The notes under the pieces are model-generated. The model was not told the origin of the DNA. It saw only the letters and a program-made list of their open reading frames with translations, and did not search any database. From NCBI GenBank assembly GCA_965153355.1, contig OZ231126.1, positions 40,424,001 through 40,488,000 of the forward strand: a stretch of DNA of 64,000 bases, written 5' to 3'. The stretch's first letter is position 1, and each line of letters opens with the position of its first letter. The position numbers were made by a program, and so were the translations under genes. Shown here piece after piece: positions 1 through 18,229 of this stretch. The stretch is from Flaccisagitta enflata. Taxonomy: Eukaryota.

Positions 1-1402
1 CCTGTTGGGATTGTTTCTCTTGAGGAAAAAAAATCGTTGAAGCGAAGATCGAGATAGAAGAGAGCCTTTTTTTCATTTGAATGAACATCATTTTTCCTTA
101 AATATCGTTTCAGAATTTTCGAAGAAAAATATGTATCCACCTTGCCTAACTCACAACGACAACACTCTCATGGTTGTTTTGGTTCGTTTTTAAAGATATA
201 GCAATGGCAAATATGCAAATAAGCACAGCTCTCGATAAAAATGATTACACGTAGAACTCGTAACACGTTGGACTATGCTAAATTTCTGAAGTCGCAGACA
301 AATTCATCAGCCATACATCATTTTTCATTCATCATCTATCCTCGCAGGGTAGGTTTAGCGGAATCCCACAATCATAAATTTTGTTTTATTGACTTTTATG
401 TTCTAGTGACTTTAAATATGGCCCCTGCCCACCCGCATGCGACTGGGGTGGCCGTGTATTCGGCCTTGTTTCCCATGAGTTTTTATCTTTAGAATTTTTG
501 ATGCTTTGACATCAACTTTCGTCCTCTTTATCTACATTCCAATTCCCGCCAAAAAATTTCCTTCTCTTTTCCTTTTCTTCTTTCTTTTTCCTTATTTTTT
601 TCTCCAAATTTCATGATTCTTCTTTTTTTTTCAATATTCCACTTCTATCATTAATTTCATAGGGAGGAAAGATGGTAAGAAGTTTTCTGAATGTAATCCA
701 GTCGGAAAAAGCACACGAGCGTTTAATTGCTTTTTTAACGGAATATTAGAATATCGAAACTCGGATTTAGAGACGTTGACTCAGACGGGAGACAGACGCG
801 AACCCATTATGGAACCCTAACTTAAGACCTATTGGGCTCCCTTTATCGGGGGGGGGTTGTTGTATCAGAAAACTACACCAGATTGTACCTGGGGACTTGA
901 GATGCTTAGAATTTGATTTAAAAAAACACTCAGACATAGGCTTAGACTTGGACTCGAGCTAGAACTAGATCTGGAACCAGTACTGAAACTCGTACTTAAA
1001 CTTGGACTCTTACTTGGACTGGGACAGGGAGTCAGCTCAGATTCGGACACGGATTGGCAATTTGGTTTTGGGATGTTGGCTCAGTGACCAACATGAGGTT
1101 GTAGCCGGGTCTGAAGGAGACACGATACTTTATTTTTCCATAATTTCTTTTCCTTTCATGTTTTTTTTTTTTTTATCTCGTGTCTCATGATTCATGAATA
1201 AGATTCCTAGTTTCGCAACATTAGAGCTCGTTTTCAAATGTAAACGGGTTTTATTTATTTATTTATTTTTTTTTCATTTAAAGATTGTGATGATGAAAAG
1301 TGCAAAAGAGAATAAAATGAGACAAATGTCAAAAAAACCATTTCAAAGGGGCCTTTATTTTCGTCGAATTTCATACCTCCCACATACATTTCCACTGCAT
1401 AT

Positions 1403-1611
1403 TTTTTTTAGTCGCGTGCACGCGACTCTACACTCTGCCTTGTCCATTCGTCGATCCGTCCATCGGTCTGTCTGTCGATCCATCACACTTTTTTTTATCA
1501 GTTTTATTTCTTGAAGTCATTTTAAGTCATTTAAGAGTATATTAAGTCATTCTAAGTCATTCTATGTCATTATTTAAGTCTCACATGCGACTTATAGGTG
1601 TTGTCCTTGTT
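1403..1611 (+). mobile_element. HINE-like copy with short central (gtcattttaa)n array
   Basis: tttagtcgcgtgcacgcgactctac..., 10-bp repeats, 3' catgcgacttataggtgttgtccttgtt. Confidence 0.75.
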
Positions 1612-1827
1612 CTGATACAAACGTGTCTTTTATTTTTCTTTTTTAAATTGTGGTGATGAAAAGCGCCGCGTGTGGGAAGAAAGTTGAACTGAGGTGGAGT
1701 ATGAAAGAGATAACTTCTAAGTTCTTTTTCTTTTCTTTTTTTTTTTTTTTACTATTTCTCGGAGATTATGTTCTTTTTATCTCTCTTTCATTTTTTGAGG
1801 AAACCTGATTGTACACGAAATTGAGGA

Positions 1828-1964
<137 letters not shown>

Positions 1965-2690
1965 GGAGAGAACTTAAACTGCCTTTAAATGAACCGAGTT
2001 TAAGCATGACCCGATATTGTAGCCTTGTGACAAGAGGAAATTACTTTTTCAAAATAAGATCTTCATCTTTCTACAAATATGCACGATGACTAAGAGATTT
2101 TGAATTCTTGAAAGAAATAGGACAGGGTAAGAAACATGAATTATATTTACCACTGCTGTCTGTAGTGACTTGAATTCAATGTTTTTAGTCGCGAACATGC
2201 GACCCTACACGTTGCTGTGTCGGTCGTCCTGTCCATCGGTTTAGAATTGCGCCTTTTTTGATTTCGTATTACTTTATTCGTATTTGTATAAAGTAAGTGT
2301 GCCATTGACCGGGCATGGACGTAGATGTAACTTGGTATGAACTACAACAAGCCTCAGCCTCAGCTCCGGCATTAGCTCCGGCCTTATTCTCAGTTATGGC
2401 CTCGGGTACGGCCTAGAAATGGTGTGCACGTGCCGTTAACGACAAATTCATTTCTGCGAACAGCTGAAAGGTTTTGACATCTTAGTCCTGACAAGAGAGG
2501 CCACCTCCGTCACCTCTGCCACCTACGTCTCCTCCTCCTCTTCTTCAACCTTTTCCTCCTCATCTTCTTCAGCCACCTTCGGCCTTTAGTGAGTTCAAGC
2601 TCCTCGGGACCTATGAGGACAACCTTCGCCTTTATTGAAAGCACATTCTTGCATCTTGAAAGGCTACTCACGCTCAGCAATGGAGGCATA

Positions 2691-2781
<91 letters not shown>

Positions 2782-4238
2782 GACAGAGAGAGACAGAGAG
2801 AGACAGAGAGAGACATAGAGACAGAGAGGCAGAGACACAGAGAAAGGGACTGAGAGGCAGAGAGGCAGAGAGAGAGATGAATGAATAGTTGCATGAAAAA
2901 AATCAAAGACTGAATGAACTAATGGATGAATCAATGAATCGATGAATGAATGGCTGAATTGATCAATTAAACATGTCGATTCATGGATAAATGGATAAAT
3001 AGATGAATGGATGAGTGGATAAATAGAATAATGGATGAGTGGATGAATGAATGAATGAGTGGCTGAATGGATAAATGGATGAATGGGTAAATTGATAAAT
3101 CGTTTCATTAAACAATGTCGATGAATGGATGAATGGATGAATGGATGAATGGATGAATGGATTAATTGATGAATGAATGAGTGTTGGAATGAAGGATTGA
3201 TCAAATGAAGGAGATGGATAAGGCTGCAATTGCGCACAGAGCACCAGTTTGAGAAGCGACTGAATTTCCAGAGTCAAGTTCTCCTAACGCTTGTAATGGT
3301 CTTAAACACGCCCATTAACTTAGATCCAAGCCCATCGTTGTTTTTGTGAAAGTTGACGTTGAAAAATGATTTTTGGAGGCGGGTGTCTTCAAAATAATTC
3401 GACTGACTTATGTCTGAGTATTTCCATTCTTTTTGTTTGTTGCGCGCTCACGCTAGTCTAATGATATCGTCACAGCATGTCGTCCTATAGCATCTGCGTC
3501 ATTTTATGATATCTTTTGTCAAGGTGACATCTGATGACCTCTGGTCAGTAGGTGTATTTTGGTGCATTTTGTGAGCCACTCCCCTTACCCAATTTTCGGT
3601 CGTAAAACTCCCCAATGTTTTGTATTTTTTGTCCGGCTGGTTGGTTGGCTGGCTGGCTAGAAAGAAATGACCTACTTTCTGGATGGAAACGTAATTGGTT
3701 TTTAGGTGCGACAAAGCACCTCTATAACTGGCTAGGCTTGTTGGTTGGTTGGTTGGTTGGGAAACGCATTTGTCCTTATTGGTCTACAAGGCCTTGTTTG
3801 CTTTTAGCTCAGATCCATTTGGTGGTGTGGCAAACTCCTAGTGAAAGATGCTATGACATAACATGACATGACATGACATACCACAACATGACATGACATG
3901 ACATGAGCCATCATAACACAACATGACATGAAAACCTAACAAAACATAACATCACATAACATGACATGACATGACACACAACATGACATTCTTTCAAACC
4001 CTGACATGACTTGACATGGGTTGGGGGGGGGTGAGTGGGCTTGAGTGGTTTTGAGGGATAAAAAGAAAAAAAAGGAAGAAAGAAAGAAAGAAAAAAAAAT
4101 GAAAGAAAGAATGAAAGAAAGAAAGAAAGAAAGAGAAAAGAAAAAAGAAAAAGAATCTTTACTACATTTCTTCTGCAAAACTAGCTCTCTGATTGGTCAA
4201 TTGAGAGTCTCTGATTGGTCAATTAGGAAAGAATTCTA

Positions 4239-4354
<116 letters not shown>

Positions 4355-4415
4355 AAGAAAGGCTGGAATGATGACCAAGTTTTCCCAAAATTTCATCAGC
4401 CCATGCTGTCGTTAT

Positions 4416-4497
<82 letters not shown>

Positions 4498-4499
4498 AG

Positions 4500-8600
<4,101 letters not shown>

Positions 8601-9878
8601 TAACGATAGTTTCATAGACTGTTCTATACATGAGAATTCAGTCATTCATTAGTAAGACATATTGGTAACATATCAAACAGATACTATTAGTTACAAAATG
8701 TAAAGAGAATTGTTAAATTCTAAAGCAAACAGAGTAGTCAAGTCTCACCATTGCAAGTCATAAGAATTGTTTCTTGTGTTGTTTCAGTAAATGATAGATG
8801 TATAGTGGAAATCTAAATAATTCTCGGACTGCTCTGGTTAAAGCAGACTTAATGAGACAATGATTATGGATAGAGATAAGAAAAATAGATAGCCCATTTA
8901 ACAACTTTTCAATTCACATGACCATCTCTATTTTAAGGGTTTGAAAGAATGTGTTGTCGTGTTGTATAGTGATTATCAATAATAAAGTTTTTTTTTTTTT
9001 TTTTTTATTGGACTAAAAAGTATTTTTAAGACTCATTTACTTCATTGTACTTCTTCTTTAAGTTCTCTATAAGTTATTTTATAAATAGAATTGACGAAAA
9101 GAATTGGTTGGTTTATTGTACTTGAGGTTCCACTGTATCTTAACATATGTTATAACATATACCATAAGATTTGCTATGACATATGCTATAACATTTGCTA
9201 TGACAGGTATTGGTTAGAATCTGGGTACACTTTTGTAATAATAACAACAACAACAACATCATTATTGAAAATCAAAAAAAGATAATACAAAACAAGTTGT
9301 GTGTTGTTAGGTTTGAGTAGTAATGATAAAAACAATGAACATTATAGAAATAAGTAGTGATGAAGTAGTAATGATAAACTAATGAAAAAAACAATGAACA
9401 CTACTGAAATGAAAAAAATTCTTTTTACCCTCAGAATAATCTTTTTTTTTACATGTTAAGATACAAAGCAAAGATGTTATGGTGAGTCATCATTGAAAAA
9501 AATTAAATGATTAAGTGATGCTACACATAGTATATCACTGTTCTGGTGTTCTGATGTTTTAATGAAGTATTATTTAATGATTTGAGGCTGATATGAGCAC
9601 TGAACACTGATACTGATACTGATATGCTAATACAATAATGATGATGATGTAGATGACAATTTGAATGATTGTGTTGATGATGATGACAAAGTTATATCAT
9701 TTACCAATTGTATCCAAAAACTTTGAGTGAAATCGTTGCCCATTTCAGTTTTGTAATCCCTATGTAAAAATGCACTTGAATAAATTAGTGTCTCTCTTTA
9801 CAGGGCTCTACCTTCTAAAATGTTTGAGGTACAGACCTGGGATTGGTCTAGAATGATACAAAATTTAGACAACTGTAA

Positions 9879-10075
9879 TAACAAGGCCGGATATACGGCT
9901 ACCCCAGTCAGGTGCAGATGGGAAGGAGCAGTGCTAACAAAGGTTACTAGAGCTTTTAGGGCAGGAGCAGTAGGCTCAAAAAGCTCAAAACCCTAAAAAA
10001 GTAAAAAAGTGACCACTGACCAACTGACAGACCGACATACTGGGATGTAAAATCGCGTAACATGCGACTAAAAAG
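9879..10075 (-). mobile_element. HINE-like family 1 copy
   Basis: aacaaggccggatatacggc...catgcgactaaaaa. Confidence 0.72.
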
Positions 10076-10146
10076 AGTGAAGTCCCAGAAAGTTATGTTC
10101 CTTAAGGTCATGTATAGGTTGACATAACAGAGGCAATTTCACTATT

Positions 10147-10250
<104 letters not shown>

Positions 10251-10814
10251 AATGGACAAACAGACAGACAGACAGACAGACAGATAGATAGATAAGCAGA
10301 CAGAGAGAGACAGAGAGGAGAGGAAAAGACACTTTTGTTCCATGAATATTGAGCTCTCTGATTGGTTGATTGAATATCTTTGGCTGAATTTTGGACTAGA
10401 GCTAGTACTGAAACCACTCTAGTCAGCTTTGGACTTAAGTGGAAGGAAATTGGACATCGATCCATTGAATTATAAAAGTCTGTTATTTTGTTTGTAAAAA
10501 TCAACATTTATCATTTCCTGTTTTGATATTTAGGAAAAGAAAAAATGATTATTTGAAAAAACAAACATTTTTAGAGAATTCTTATCTTAAGATTTTCAAA
10601 AATTTACAATAATAGAAAATTTTCAAAAATGAATGCAGACTGATGCAAATAAGATCAAGATAAGGCCACAGAAAACTTTCTTTTTGAAGTTTCTGGAAAA
10701 AACCACTGTTTAGAAGGGGTAGTCAGATTTTGTCTTGAGTGGTTAGGGGGGCTTACTGCCCTCATTTTTAAATGATGAGGATTTGGCCTAGAGTGTCCTC
10801 CTCATAAGGAGAAT

Positions 10815-10918
<104 letters not shown>

Positions 10919-11138
10919 TGGATGGATACTATACTTCCGTCGAGACTATTAAACAAGTCTATAGGAACGAATTTTCATTTCACATCGATTTGAATTGGGT
11001 GTCTAGAGTTTGAGTTTGCCAGATACAGAAGAAGAAAAGGGTGGACAGACAGATGAACAGACACACAGACAGTCGTTTTGTCGTTTCGTCGCTGGATTTC
11101 TTTAGTCTTTGAAGGAGTTGTCGTTGAAGCTTTCACGA

Positions 11139-11171
<33 letters not shown>

Positions 11172-11259
11172 TGTGGTTGTGGTTGTGCGGGGGGGGGGAG
11201 CAGACAATCATTCAAGCAGATATTAAGACACAGTTGGGATACAGATATATCCGTAGAAG

Positions 11260-12238
<979 letters not shown>

Positions 12239-12247
12239 GACAGAGAG

Positions 12248-12415
12248 AGAGAAACTGAGAGACTCAAAGACAGAGAAACTGAGAGACTCAAAGACAGAGA
12301 AACTGAGAGACTCAAAGACAGAGAAACTGAGAGACTCAAAGACAGAGAAACTGAGAGACTCAAAGACAGAGAAACTGAGAGACTCAAAGACTGAAAGACA
12401 GAGAAACTGAGAGAA
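12248..12415. repeat. 24-bp minisatellite (gagaaactgagagactcaaagaca)n
   Basis: About six consecutive units. Confidence 0.9.
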
Positions 12416-12784
12416 ATTCATGAGAGAAATCTTGATTTAAAGCTATGGATGTTATGAGCATTTTACAATGGGAAGATCAGATAGGTGTGAGGAATGTGGG
12501 GGCACAATTCAGCACACAAATCTGGTACTCTTTCTTGTCACTTGCACATTTCATGAACAGCTGACAATCATAGGTTTTTCTTACTCCTGATTTGTATCTG
12601 TTGAGCCGCTCTTTGATAAGGGTTGAGGTGGAATTTTTGATACTGCTAAGGATAGTTGTGATGGGTGCACATTAAACACCAGTTAGAGCTCCAAAGGCTC
12701 TTGTCCATATCTTGATTTTTTTTAGGTTACAATGTAATGTTGTCCAATGTCATAGAGAGATAGATAGAGAGAGAAACTGAAAGA

Positions 12785-12868
<84 letters not shown>

Positions 12869-14499
12869 CAAACACACAAACTTATAAACACAGACAGACA
12901 GACATATCATTACCATTTTCTTATCAAAACTTGCTTTGATACTTTTTTTAATACTTTGATATTTTCATGCCTTGTTTCATTTTTTTAAAGTCACGGACTA
13001 GCGACTCTATAGGAGGCTTTGTCTGTTGGTTTGTTGGCTCATTGGCGTGTTGGTGTGAAAATAAACATTTCCTCCCCATCCCACCCATCTGCTACTGGTA
13101 TTGGCTGTGTGGAGATATTTGAACAAAAGTGTATAAAATCTAGTTGATGATGATGGTTACTATCATTATTATCATTGGGTTTATAACCATCAACATAAAT
13201 GCGACAATGCAAACATCAATCAGAAATCAAAATCTACAAACTACTACAATCTTAGTGAAACTACTACAATCTTAGTGAAACGATTTTTTTTTGAAAGATT
13301 TACCAGGGGTCTTACTTTTGCTTTACAAATGACTCAATCCCGACATACTCTGCATTGGATATGTTCTTATGCCCTCACATTCCTTCCAAGCGTCCCAGTT
13401 AACCAGTTTATTGTAGATATAATATGCTGCACAAGGATCAAATTAGTAAATACAAATGAGATTGAATGCTGTTAGGTGAGGGTCAATCAGTGTGATGATC
13501 AACAAACCAGCAAATATTCATGGATGTTTAGATCAATCATCTGACATATTGACATGGACTATGGTATCAATATCATATTGAATCAATCAGTGTGATGATC
13601 GACAAACCAACAAATATTGATCGATGATTAGATCAATCATCTGACATACAAACATACAAGCAAACGTGACTCGTCTGACATATATGAGGAGTATGAGAAG
13701 GTGCCCAGATGAATATGGTCTACTTCGGCCCGCCATATTTATCAAGTGTTTTCTTGTGGTCTGCATATCTCATGTATAGACAGAAATTGGTGACATTTTT
13801 TTAAATGTTGCATAACTTTTTGACCAGTCTTGTGATAATTTCTGAAGAAGGAATATTTCTTTAGAAATTTAAAGGATAGTTGTGATGGGTCCGGATAAAC
13901 ACCAGTGAGAGCTCCAAAGGCTCTCATCCTTTAGTAAAGTAGGGTTGAGTAGTAATGTTGTCCAACTTTCATATAGATATTATCATGAATCAAATAAACA
14001 TTGCTTTTATATCATTCTTATTACAATAATTGTTCTGTCCAAAAATGGAGGCTGAATGCTCATCTGAAAAATGAAGGCAGTAATTTCCCAACCCACTCAA
14101 GGCAAAATTGGAAAAAAATGATTTCAGTTATTACTGACTATTCTAACTAAAGTGATTTCTGGAGAAACTTCATCTGGAGAAACTTCAGAAAGAAATCTAA
14201 ATAATGCAAAAATTATTCCAAAAGACCTTTTAGATTTTTTTAATCTTTAAAGATTGCAAGAGTATTGACTTAAGAAAGGACATATATGAATTATCAAAAC
14301 ATTTTTTTTCATTTCCTGATGAATACAAATGGTCAACTGCCCTCTTGGGCTTGTTTTCATTACCAGAATATCTTTTATGAAAATAAACATATTAAAGGGC
14401 ATATTTTTTTGGATATTTTTTAAAAGTACAAAGAAAAAAGATAAGAAAAAGTACAAAAACAGAATGAATTTTAGAAACATAGAAATGACCTTTATTAAA

Positions 14500-14700
14500 A
14501 GTCAAGGCCGGATACATAGCTACCCTAGTCTCGTGCGGGTGGGCAGGAGCAGTGCTAGAGAAGATCACTAGGCATCTGGGCAGGTGCCAAAATGCCCGAA
14601 AAGCCTAAAAATGCCAAAAAAGTAAAAAGGGGACCAACCGACCAACCGACCAACCGAACAACTGATAGAGTGGGGTGTAGAGTCGTGTAGCACGCGACTG
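14500..14700 (-). mobile_element. HINE-like family 1 copy (downstream of the F-box gene)
   Basis: caaggccggatac...ggggtgtagagtcgtgtagcacgcgact. Confidence 0.75.
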
Positions 14701-15067
14701 ACAACCCTATCAAAACAAGAAATAATAGATTTGGAAGGAGTAGCTTGACAAGATGTTTTAGTGAGATATTTATATCCAATTGAATATGTGTGTCCTTCAT
14801 TCATTTGGAAAATGAAAGTAAAAGAGTGCCATATTTGTCAGTCTCATGGTCCCCATTTGTAAACAGGTAGGCTGGGGAAAAATAGCAAAAAAAGGCTCAC
14901 ACTATTACAATGGTCTGTGGCTCGAAGTTCTAATTGCAGTCTTTTTTATGAACAGAAAAGAAATAAAACAATCACTGCATTCATCACATTCAGTCACTTT
15001 CATAGATCTAAAGAAGCTAGAAATTGTCAAAACGACAAAGAGTAACTTTTGATTTAGTACTGTAGAT

Positions 15068-16300
15068 TTATCCAAAACCCATATGCAGTTCAATGAAATG
15101 ATATAGATTCCCATCTGAATCATATGGATCCCAGTATGAATCTGAGTCTGAGTCTGAGTTGGCATCTGAATCAGAATGGATTTGAAAGCTGCCAAGTTGG
15201 CAAATGTGACAAGAAAAGCTAAAGTTGTTAAAACAAACATAAACATCATTATTACACAACTTCTGTTTAAACAGGTTTGTATCATCCCCCCATATCCCAG
15301 CCCAAAAACCGAGCATGGCTGTTGTTCTCTGGAATTGGTATTTGCAATGAGATGGCAGAATATCAAATTGATCGAGAAAATTCTCAAAAGCAAATGGATC
15401 TGGAGAAATGTTTCGAGTGAAATGCTGAATAACTGTGCTGAATTCTAGAGCTGAACTTGGATCAAAGCCAGCAAACAAGTTTGGATCCCCCAAGTTAAAG
15501 ATCTTCAAAACATGATCTCCACAGTTGTTTGCTTGGGTTGTGGTGTAGATAGCCAAATGATTTTTTGACAGTGCAATATTTTTCAGATTTGTCAAACTAA
15601 ACTTTGTGTCTGCATCCTGGAATTTTCCATCATATCTTTGGTAAAAAAACAAATGTTGTTCCTCTGGATGGTCTGACAGTAAAATCATGTAAGCGTCATT
15701 CACATGCCAGCTTGTTATCCAGGTATCAGTACATGTTGTTTTACCATACTGTCCTTCAGGGTCGCTTTTCCAGAATGATATGCAGTTGGCACAGTCGTGA
15801 GACGGATACAGGACAAGAGAATGAGTCAGATAATGAATTTTTTCTATTCCTGGATATGTCCTAAATATGTTTGTTGCAGAAGATTGAGAGAATGTCTCAA
15901 GGTCGTAGATTTGAATCCATCCACCTTCAAAGTATATGAGGAGTTTTGTCATCTCTGAATTTGTTTGAATAAGGAGGATGTAGTCATCATCATCAAAAAT
16001 CTTTGATTGATCCATGGAATTCCCTCCTAAACGCATTCGTTGGCGAGTGATTGAGAGTCGTCTCCATGCTTCACAAACTTTTTCTTTTAGTTCCGTGGTG
16101 GATTCATTGTTAAGATTTTTAAGGGGAGATGAAATTTCCGATTGTAACTTTGTAAATGGTAAAGCCAGTGTTTGCCAGAGTTTTTTTGATTCATCAATTA
16201 TTTTGTGGAAGTAATGGTTTGTCAAGGACAAAGAGGTCATTTCATTCAGAGTTAGATAACCAAATATTTGCACAAGTAACTCTTCCAGTAGTTGTTCCAT
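15068..16300 (-). CDS. F-box domain protein (410 aa, intronless CDS; possible degenerate beta-propeller region, acidic C-terminal tail)
   Basis: Long, non-repetitive ORF. N-terminus MEQLLEELLVQIFGYLTLNEMTSLSLTNHYFHKIIDESKKLW fits the F-box consensus. A polypyrimidine acceptor (t)n gccccag lies 19 nt upstream of the ATG at 16300, so the ORF-track start at 16366 is probably intronic. Confidence 0.85.
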   Translation of the reverse strand: MEQLLEELLVQIFGYLTLNEMTSLSLTNHYFHKIIDESKKLWQTLALPFTKLQSEISSPLKNLNNESTTELKEKVCEAWRRLSITRQRMRLGGNSMDQSKIFDDDDYILLIQTNSEMTKLLIYFEGGWIQIYDLETFSQSSATNIFRTYPGIEKIHYLTHSLVLYPSHDCANCISFWKSDPEGQYGKTTCTDTWITSWHVNDAYMILLSDHPEEQHLFFYQRYDGKFQDADTKFSLTNLKNIALSKNHLAIYTTTQANNCGDHVLKIFNLGDPNLFAGFDPSSALEFSTVIQHFTRNISPDPFAFENFLDQFDILPSHCKYQFQRTTAMLGFWAGIWGDDTNLFKQKLCNNDVYVCFNNFSFSCHICQLGSFQIHSDSDANSDSDSDSYWDPYDSDGNLYHFIELHMGFG

Positions 16301-16909
16301 GTTTCTTTGTGGGTAATGACTGGGGCAAAAAAAAAAAAAAAGAACGATACAAATAGAAAAGAACATCTGAACTAATGGAACTTCACTAGTGAAGAAAATT
16401 TATGATTAACCAAAACAAAAAATGAATTTATTTGTAAATCTTTCATGAAGTATCATTTATAACTGTGAGGCGAATGTCAAGAAACAGCAAGAGGGCAGGG
16501 ATAGAATTAGCCATTTTTTAATTTTACAAATTCAACAAAACCAAATATCACTGTATAGTTGGCAAGTAACATTTACCAATCCATAAAGAAATTGTCTTAA
16601 CTGACCTCAGTTTTTGTGCAAATTAAGCTTAATCAAATTAGCAATAAAATCAATATGAGAATATTTTTTCATAAATTGTGTTTAAATGCAATTGTGTGAG
16701 GATGTTTCACCATAAAGAATCAAAATTTCCTGAATTTTCAAAAAATCTCTTAAAGTACCATTTTTGGTTGGTTGGGCGGTTCTATAAAAATTTCTTTCAC
16801 CAAGCTCTTCTCAATACAAGTGTTGTAGATCCTTGTCAACAACTTCCATGCAATATTTCAGCCAAATTGGACAACTCATTAAAAAGTTATGCCACTTTTT
16901 TGTTTCTTT

Positions 16910-17132
16910 ATTTGCGTGCTCCACGACTCTACACCACGCTTTGTCTGTCAGTTGGTTGATCAGCTGGTTGGTTGGTCAGCTTGGTTGGTCAGCTGGTCGA
17001 TTGGTCACACTTTCCTTTTTTTATGTTTTTTATTCTTAGACCATACTGCTCCTGCCCAAATGCCATGCAGACCTCAAATATGGCCCCTGCCCACCCACAC
17101 ACAACTGGAATAGCCGTGTATCCGGCCTTGTT
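16910..17132 (+). mobile_element. HINE-like family 1 copy
   Basis: cacgactctacaccacgct, (GGTT)n, ..gccgtgtatccggccttgtt. Confidence 0.75.
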
Positions 17133-18229
17133 ATCTGGTAGGCTGATTGGGATGGTTGGGCTGGTTGGACTCATCTCCAGAAGTCCAAATATTTTTCCTT
17201 ATACCTCTTTGTAAACTGTGATTATCCCCAAAATATCATTGGTAAAGCTCAAATTGTACCAGAGATACAGGCATTTTTGTGAATTTGACAAATCTTGACT
17301 GCTGTTAAGAAGAAATCAACTACGAGAATAGTCTGAGGGGTGTATCAATTCTGTTCTTCAGGACTGACAAAATGTAAAATTCTACTGTGTCCAAACGTCT
17401 GTCAGAGACTTCAAATCATTGAAGTACAATCAAAATTTCACACCCTTTCACATAGGGTGGTAAGATTTCATGTAATATGTGTTATTTTCACTTTATAGTG
17501 GCATATCTAGTGTTAGGTATACATTAGGAACATGTTTAAGATTTTCATGAGTTGATACACTCCGAGAAAAAAGCTACTTCTCAGTGTAGCACGCGACTAA
17601 AAAGCTACTTCTCAGCATAGGATCAACCCAATAACATGAAAATTGCAAGAAATGTCTCTCAAGTTGTTGTCCATCACTTAATAACAGGAAAATTACTTAA
17701 CGTTCAAGCAAAATGAGTTATGAAAAAATAAATATCATAAAGTTCAACTTTGAGAGAAAAAGAAAAAAAATAGAGGAGGGGTAAATTTGATTTTTATATC
17801 ATTTTTTGATAACTTATTATTTGAGTAAATAGTTGAATCTTATTTGTATACTGTGGGATTGATAATGGTCCATGAAAACTCATAATATCATACACTAAAA
17901 CATTTTTCTATATGTTTTGCTTGCTATTTCTACTGGAGACAGAATGGAGACAAGTTGAAAAGAGCCTTGATCAAGTTTTTAGATCCCTTAGGAGTAGGAA
18001 GAGTCACAAGAAATGGCTTGAAATTATGCACAAGGTAGTTATGAATGTCTTTGAAGCATTTCATTTGTATGCAATGATGTATCTGAATGGCTAATGTAGA
18101 TTGGAAGAAAGTCGGGCCCTCAAACTTGCTGCAGGACCGTGACATTTGCCATCAAGTTTTGCTTGAAATATTGTTTTTAAGGACTTTCTGAACCTTTCAT
18201 CTTAAATTGAATCAACATTTTAGTGGTAA

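Noticed and set aside
2507-2686. Minus-strand 59-aa ORF ending in an Arg/Lys-rich, protamine-like tail
   Set aside because: The basic tail is an alternative reading of a purine-rich low-complexity tract; no supporting context.
4183-4225. Tandem CCAAT (ctgattgg) boxes as a promoter
   Set aside because: No associated gene is evident, and the same motif recurs at about 10352 in a repeat-like context.
16301-16366. N-terminal extension MFFSICIVLFFFFC of the F-box ORF that looks like a signal peptide
   Set aside because: It spans a poly-T tract and cag acceptor, so it is probably intronic; the F-box starts at Met 16300.
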